From Cyanobacteriota bacterium (GTDB taxonomy: Bacteria > Cyanobacteriota > Cyanobacteriia > Thermostichales > Thermostichaceae): a stretch of DNA of 64,000 bases. The position numbers were made by a program, and so were the translations under genes. Positions 61,070 through 64,000 of this stretch are shown here, piece by piece. Below the pieces are notes generated by a model. That model had not been told where the DNA came from. It ran no database searches and saw only the letters and a program-made list of their open reading frames with translations. The stretch is from the NCBI GenBank assembly GCA_033764955.1, contig JANRIL010000041.1, positions 32,001 to 96,000 on the forward strand, given 5' to 3'. Numbering within the stretch: position 1 is the stretch's first letter; every line of letters begins with the position of its first letter.

Positions 61070-61774
61070 CTAGTCGTCTTCCTGAATAGCTTGGGGCAGT
61101 GGGCGGGTACTTTTGGGGAGGCTGACCGAAAACCGCTGAGGGGATCCTTGACCAATCTGCACGCTGACGTGCTGAGGATCTGGCACTTGCCGAGCCGAGA
61201 AGACAAAGATCTCCGGTTGAATGGCAACGGCTCCCCCGGCGGTGACCAAGCGGGTCAGACTGGCTTGACCGCTTGTCCCTTCCAGAGAGACCTTAACCGT
61301 TTCCGTTGGGGGTGGGGATCCCAACCCTCCCCGAAAGATCACCTGAACCCGGTAGCGATCGGGAAAAAAGACCGCGTAGGGAACCTCCGTGACAACGGCG
61401 GTGGTGCCATCGGGCAGGATGGTGATGGGCAGATTGTCCTGACGAGGATTGAGCGTTCTGATCCGGCGTTCACTGCGGGTGGCAGCCACTTCAGCTTGCA
61501 CACGGGTGACGGTAAGGCGACTGATGGTTGGGGTAGGGGTGGGCAAGAGAGTCAACAGGCGACTCCGGTAGGCTTGCAGTTGCTTTTTTTGCTGGGGATC
61601 CGCTTGCAGCGAGGGATCCGCCAACCACCGATCCACTAGGGTCAGAGCCGCCTGCCAATTCTCTTCAGCTACCGCCGCTTGCAGTTGGCGATGCCGCTCT
61701 GTGGGGGTTTGGGGAAACACTGGACAAGCAGATAAAACAAAGCCAATGGCCAGCAAAACAGCAAGCGGACGCAT
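61070..61774 (-). CDS. Secreted hypothetical protein (possible lipoprotein)
   Basis: Signal peptide with LSAC; helical then beta-rich region. Confidence 0.6.
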   Translation of the reverse strand: MRPLAVLLAIGFVLSACPVFPQTPTERHRQLQAAVAEENWQAALTLVDRWLADPSLQADPQQKKQLQAYRSRLLTLLPTPTPTISRLTVTRVQAEVAATRSERRIRTLNPRQDNLPITILPDGTTAVVTEVPYAVFFPDRYRVQVIFRGGLGSPPPTETVKVSLEGTSGQASLTRLVTAGGAVAIQPEIFVFSARQVPDPQHVSVQIGQGSPQRFSVSLPKSTRPLPQAIQEDD

Positions 61775-61849
61775 GAAACAACAATCCTCGAATTAGTGCT
61801 GATCAAGTATCTTATGAATAGAAGCTCAAAGACTTGAGGCAAAGCACCC

Positions 61850-62713
61850 ATGACCGCTGTGCTCATCAACAATCGTTATCGGCTGATTTCTCCTTTGGGC
61901 AAAGGTGGCTTTGGCATCACAGTCTTGGCAGAAGATACTCACATGCCCTCCCGTCGTTCCTGTGTGATCAAACAACTTAAGCCCGCCAGTGATGATCCTC
62001 GTTTTTATCAATTTGCTCAAGAACGATTTCATCGAGAAGCGGCCATTTTAGAAGAATTAAGCCGGGGCAATGAGCAGATTCCGAAACTGCACGCTTATTT
62101 TGAAGAAACCGGACGGTTTTATTTGGTGCAAGAGTTAATCGAAGGCAAAACTCTCCAGTCTCATATTCGCAGCGATGGACCGATGAGTGAGAGCCAAGTC
62201 ACCGAAATTTTAGCCAGTATTTTATCTGTCTTAGAATATGTCCACAGTAAAGGAATTATTCATCGGGATATCAAGCCAGATAATGTGATTTTACGACTGG
62301 CTGACCATAAGCCCGTGTTGATTGATTTTGGGGCGGTCAAAGAAACCATGATGGATCACGATGATCATGGTCAAACCAAGGTGATCGGTACGCCGGGATA
62401 TATGCCAATTGAACAAGGTTTGGGCAGACCCGTCTATTCCAGCGATCTCTATAGTTTGGGATTGGTGGCTATTTTTATGTTGACGGGCAAACATCCCAAA
62501 GATTTGGGTCACGATCCTTTAACAGGAGGAATTACCTGGCAGAAAGCACTGCCCACCATCAGTCCCACCCTCGCCACCGTCATTAACACCGCCATTCAAC
62601 CCCATCCCCGCGACCGCTATAGCACGGCGCAAGAGATGCTCTCTGGCATGGGGGACTTGCATGTGGATATGTTGACGGATCAGTTGCGCCGCTTTCGCCG
62701 TAAGGATCGCTAA
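61850..62713 (+). CDS. Hanks-type Ser/Thr protein kinase
   Basis: LGKGGFG, VIK, HRDIKPDN, DFG and GTPGY motifs. Confidence 0.95.
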   Translation: MTAVLINNRYRLISPLGKGGFGITVLAEDTHMPSRRSCVIKQLKPASDDPRFYQFAQERFHREAAILEELSRGNEQIPKLHAYFEETGRFYLVQELIEGKTLQSHIRSDGPMSESQVTEILASILSVLEYVHSKGIIHRDIKPDNVILRLADHKPVLIDFGAVKETMMDHDDHGQTKVIGTPGYMPIEQGLGRPVYSSDLYSLGLVAIFMLTGKHPKDLGHDPLTGGITWQKALPTISPTLATVINTAIQPHPRDRYSTAQEMLSGMGDLHVDMLTDQLRRFRRKDR

Positions 62714-62722
62714 GGCAAACCC

Positions 62723-64000
62723 CTAGAGGATAATCTGGGTTACGCTGTCATCGGAGCGACGGGAGAGCACACGATTGAGGGTGGTTTTGGCCTCAGGAAA
62801 GTCGGGGTTGAGGTCGATGGCACGCCGCAATTCTTCCACCGCTTTATCCAGTTGCCCCAGCTTGGCATAAATGGATCCCAGGCGAAAGTGAGCCGCCGCG
62901 TAGCTACCATTGGCTTTGATTGCCGCCTGATAATGCTGGACAGCAAACAGTAAATTGCCCCGAATCCGAAAGAGTTCTCCCATGCCAAAATGGGCTTCTG
63001 GCACCGAGGGATCCTTGCGCACAACCGTCTCAAATTTGTTGCCAGCGGCCTCTGCTTGTCGGGAATGAATAAACTTTTTGCCGGAGAGATCCTGTTGTTT
63101 TTGGGATAAAAAGGCCAGTCCAATACAGGCGGTAGCCGCCCAAAAATGGTGATCCAAATTGTGAGCCAGCTCAAACTTTTTGATGGCTTCGTCATTGTCT
63201 TTGTTTGCCATCAACACCTGCCCCATACCGTAGTGGGCGCGTGCCAAGTTGGGATCCCTGGTCAGAGCTTTTGTAAACTCCTGCGCGGCATTCACCACAT
63301 CTCCGGTTTGCAGTAAAGCCAGCCCTAAATCCACATGAAAATCCGGTTGAGGACGGGTCGCCTTCTCCACCGCCGTCCGTAGGGAAGCGATTGCGGGGCG
63401 CAGTTGTCCTAGGAGGAAAAAAGCCACCCCAGTACCGTGATGGGCTTCCGGCAGATTGGGGTTGATGCCCAGGGCTTTTTCAAACATATCAATGGCTAAT
63501 TCCCGCTCTCCCTGATAACAAAGGGCATAGCCTGCCCCACAATAGGCGCTGGCTAAACTGGGATCCTGAATGAGCGCCTGTTGAAACTCAGATTTGGCCT
63601 CAATCCACAACCGCTGCTGCAAGAACGCCTTGCCCAAGCAGACATGAATCTGGGCTTTCTTGGCTTTGGGACTATTCACCTGAGTGGTGGCAATGGCGTT
63701 GGCCGCCCGAAATTGGCTGACGGCTTCGTGGGGATCCTTTTGGGTGAGCAACTGTTGCCCATACTCCATCAGGGTATCCAGCAGTTGCGTGGACAGACCC
63801 TCCAGGTCGGGGTTGATCTGCTCCGCTTGCCGAAATAGGGGGATGGCTTCCTGAAAACGGCCTTTGCGAAACAACAAATAGCCCCACTGCTGATAGGCTG
63901 CCGCGTAACGGGGATTGACCTCAATGGCCTGCTGTAACTCTAGGATGGCGGGATCCCATTGGTTCTCTTGAATCAGGGTGAGGGCTTGGCCGAAATGGCG
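62723..64000 (-). CDS. TPR repeat protein (5' end beyond the window)
   Basis: Many TPR units; frame stays open to 64000. Confidence 0.9.
   Translation of the reverse strand, partial: RHFGQALTLIQENQWDPAILELQQAIEVNPRYAAAYQQWGYLLFRKGRFQEAIPLFRQAEQINPDLEGLSTQLLDTLMEYGQQLLTQKDPHEAVSQFRAANAIATTQVNSPKAKKAQIHVCLGKAFLQQRLWIEAKSEFQQALIQDPSLASAYCGAGYALCYQGERELAIDMFEKALGINPNLPEAHHGTGVAFFLLGQLRPAIASLRTAVEKATRPQPDFHVDLGLALLQTGDVVNAAQEFTKALTRDPNLARAHYGMGQVLMANKDNDEAIKKFELAHNLDHHFWAATACIGLAFLSQKQQDLSGKKFIHSRQAEAAGNKFETVVRKDPSVPEAHFGMGELFRIRGNLLFAVQHYQAAIKANGSYAAAHFRLGSIYAKLGQLDKAVEELRRAIDLNPDFPEAKTTLNRVLSRRSDDSVTQIIL

Overview
Cyanobacterial chromosomal window. Gene content (ycf34, glgB, NhaS3-type antiporter, TIGR04376, sulfiredoxin) and dense GGGATCCC palindromes suggest a Thermostichus/Yellowstone-Synechococcus-like lineage (inference). 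Most of it is housekeeping or signalling: mnmH, plsC, aspartate aminotransferase, hisIE, moaA, rsmI, hemC, pdxJ, an RND pump with PadR, glgB, hemF, a GGDEF-EAL protein, a Cu ATPase/chaperone/MerR module, aspS, and tRNA-Pro(CGG) and tRNA-Leu(CAA). Two accessory regions stand out. (1) A collapsed integrative element at tRNA-Pro: truncated tyrosine integrase, frameshifted IS5-family element and truncated EVE-like gene. (2) The main find, an AT-rich ~7 kb minus-strand polymorphic toxin locus at 25.66-32.61 kb. It has one full-length lipoprotein (lipobox, Cys-rich domain, Pro-rich linkers, an unnamed DNGH domain, AHH nuclease) and its Imm11/DUF1629-like immunity gene, followed by three orphan toxin-tip/immunity cassettes. 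Two cassettes are headed by Pro-linker DNA matching the main gene (63 bp identical in one), consistent with recombinational tip exchange, and a ~24-bp direct repeat brackets the whole locus. All family assignments are from motif recognition by eye; no searches were run.
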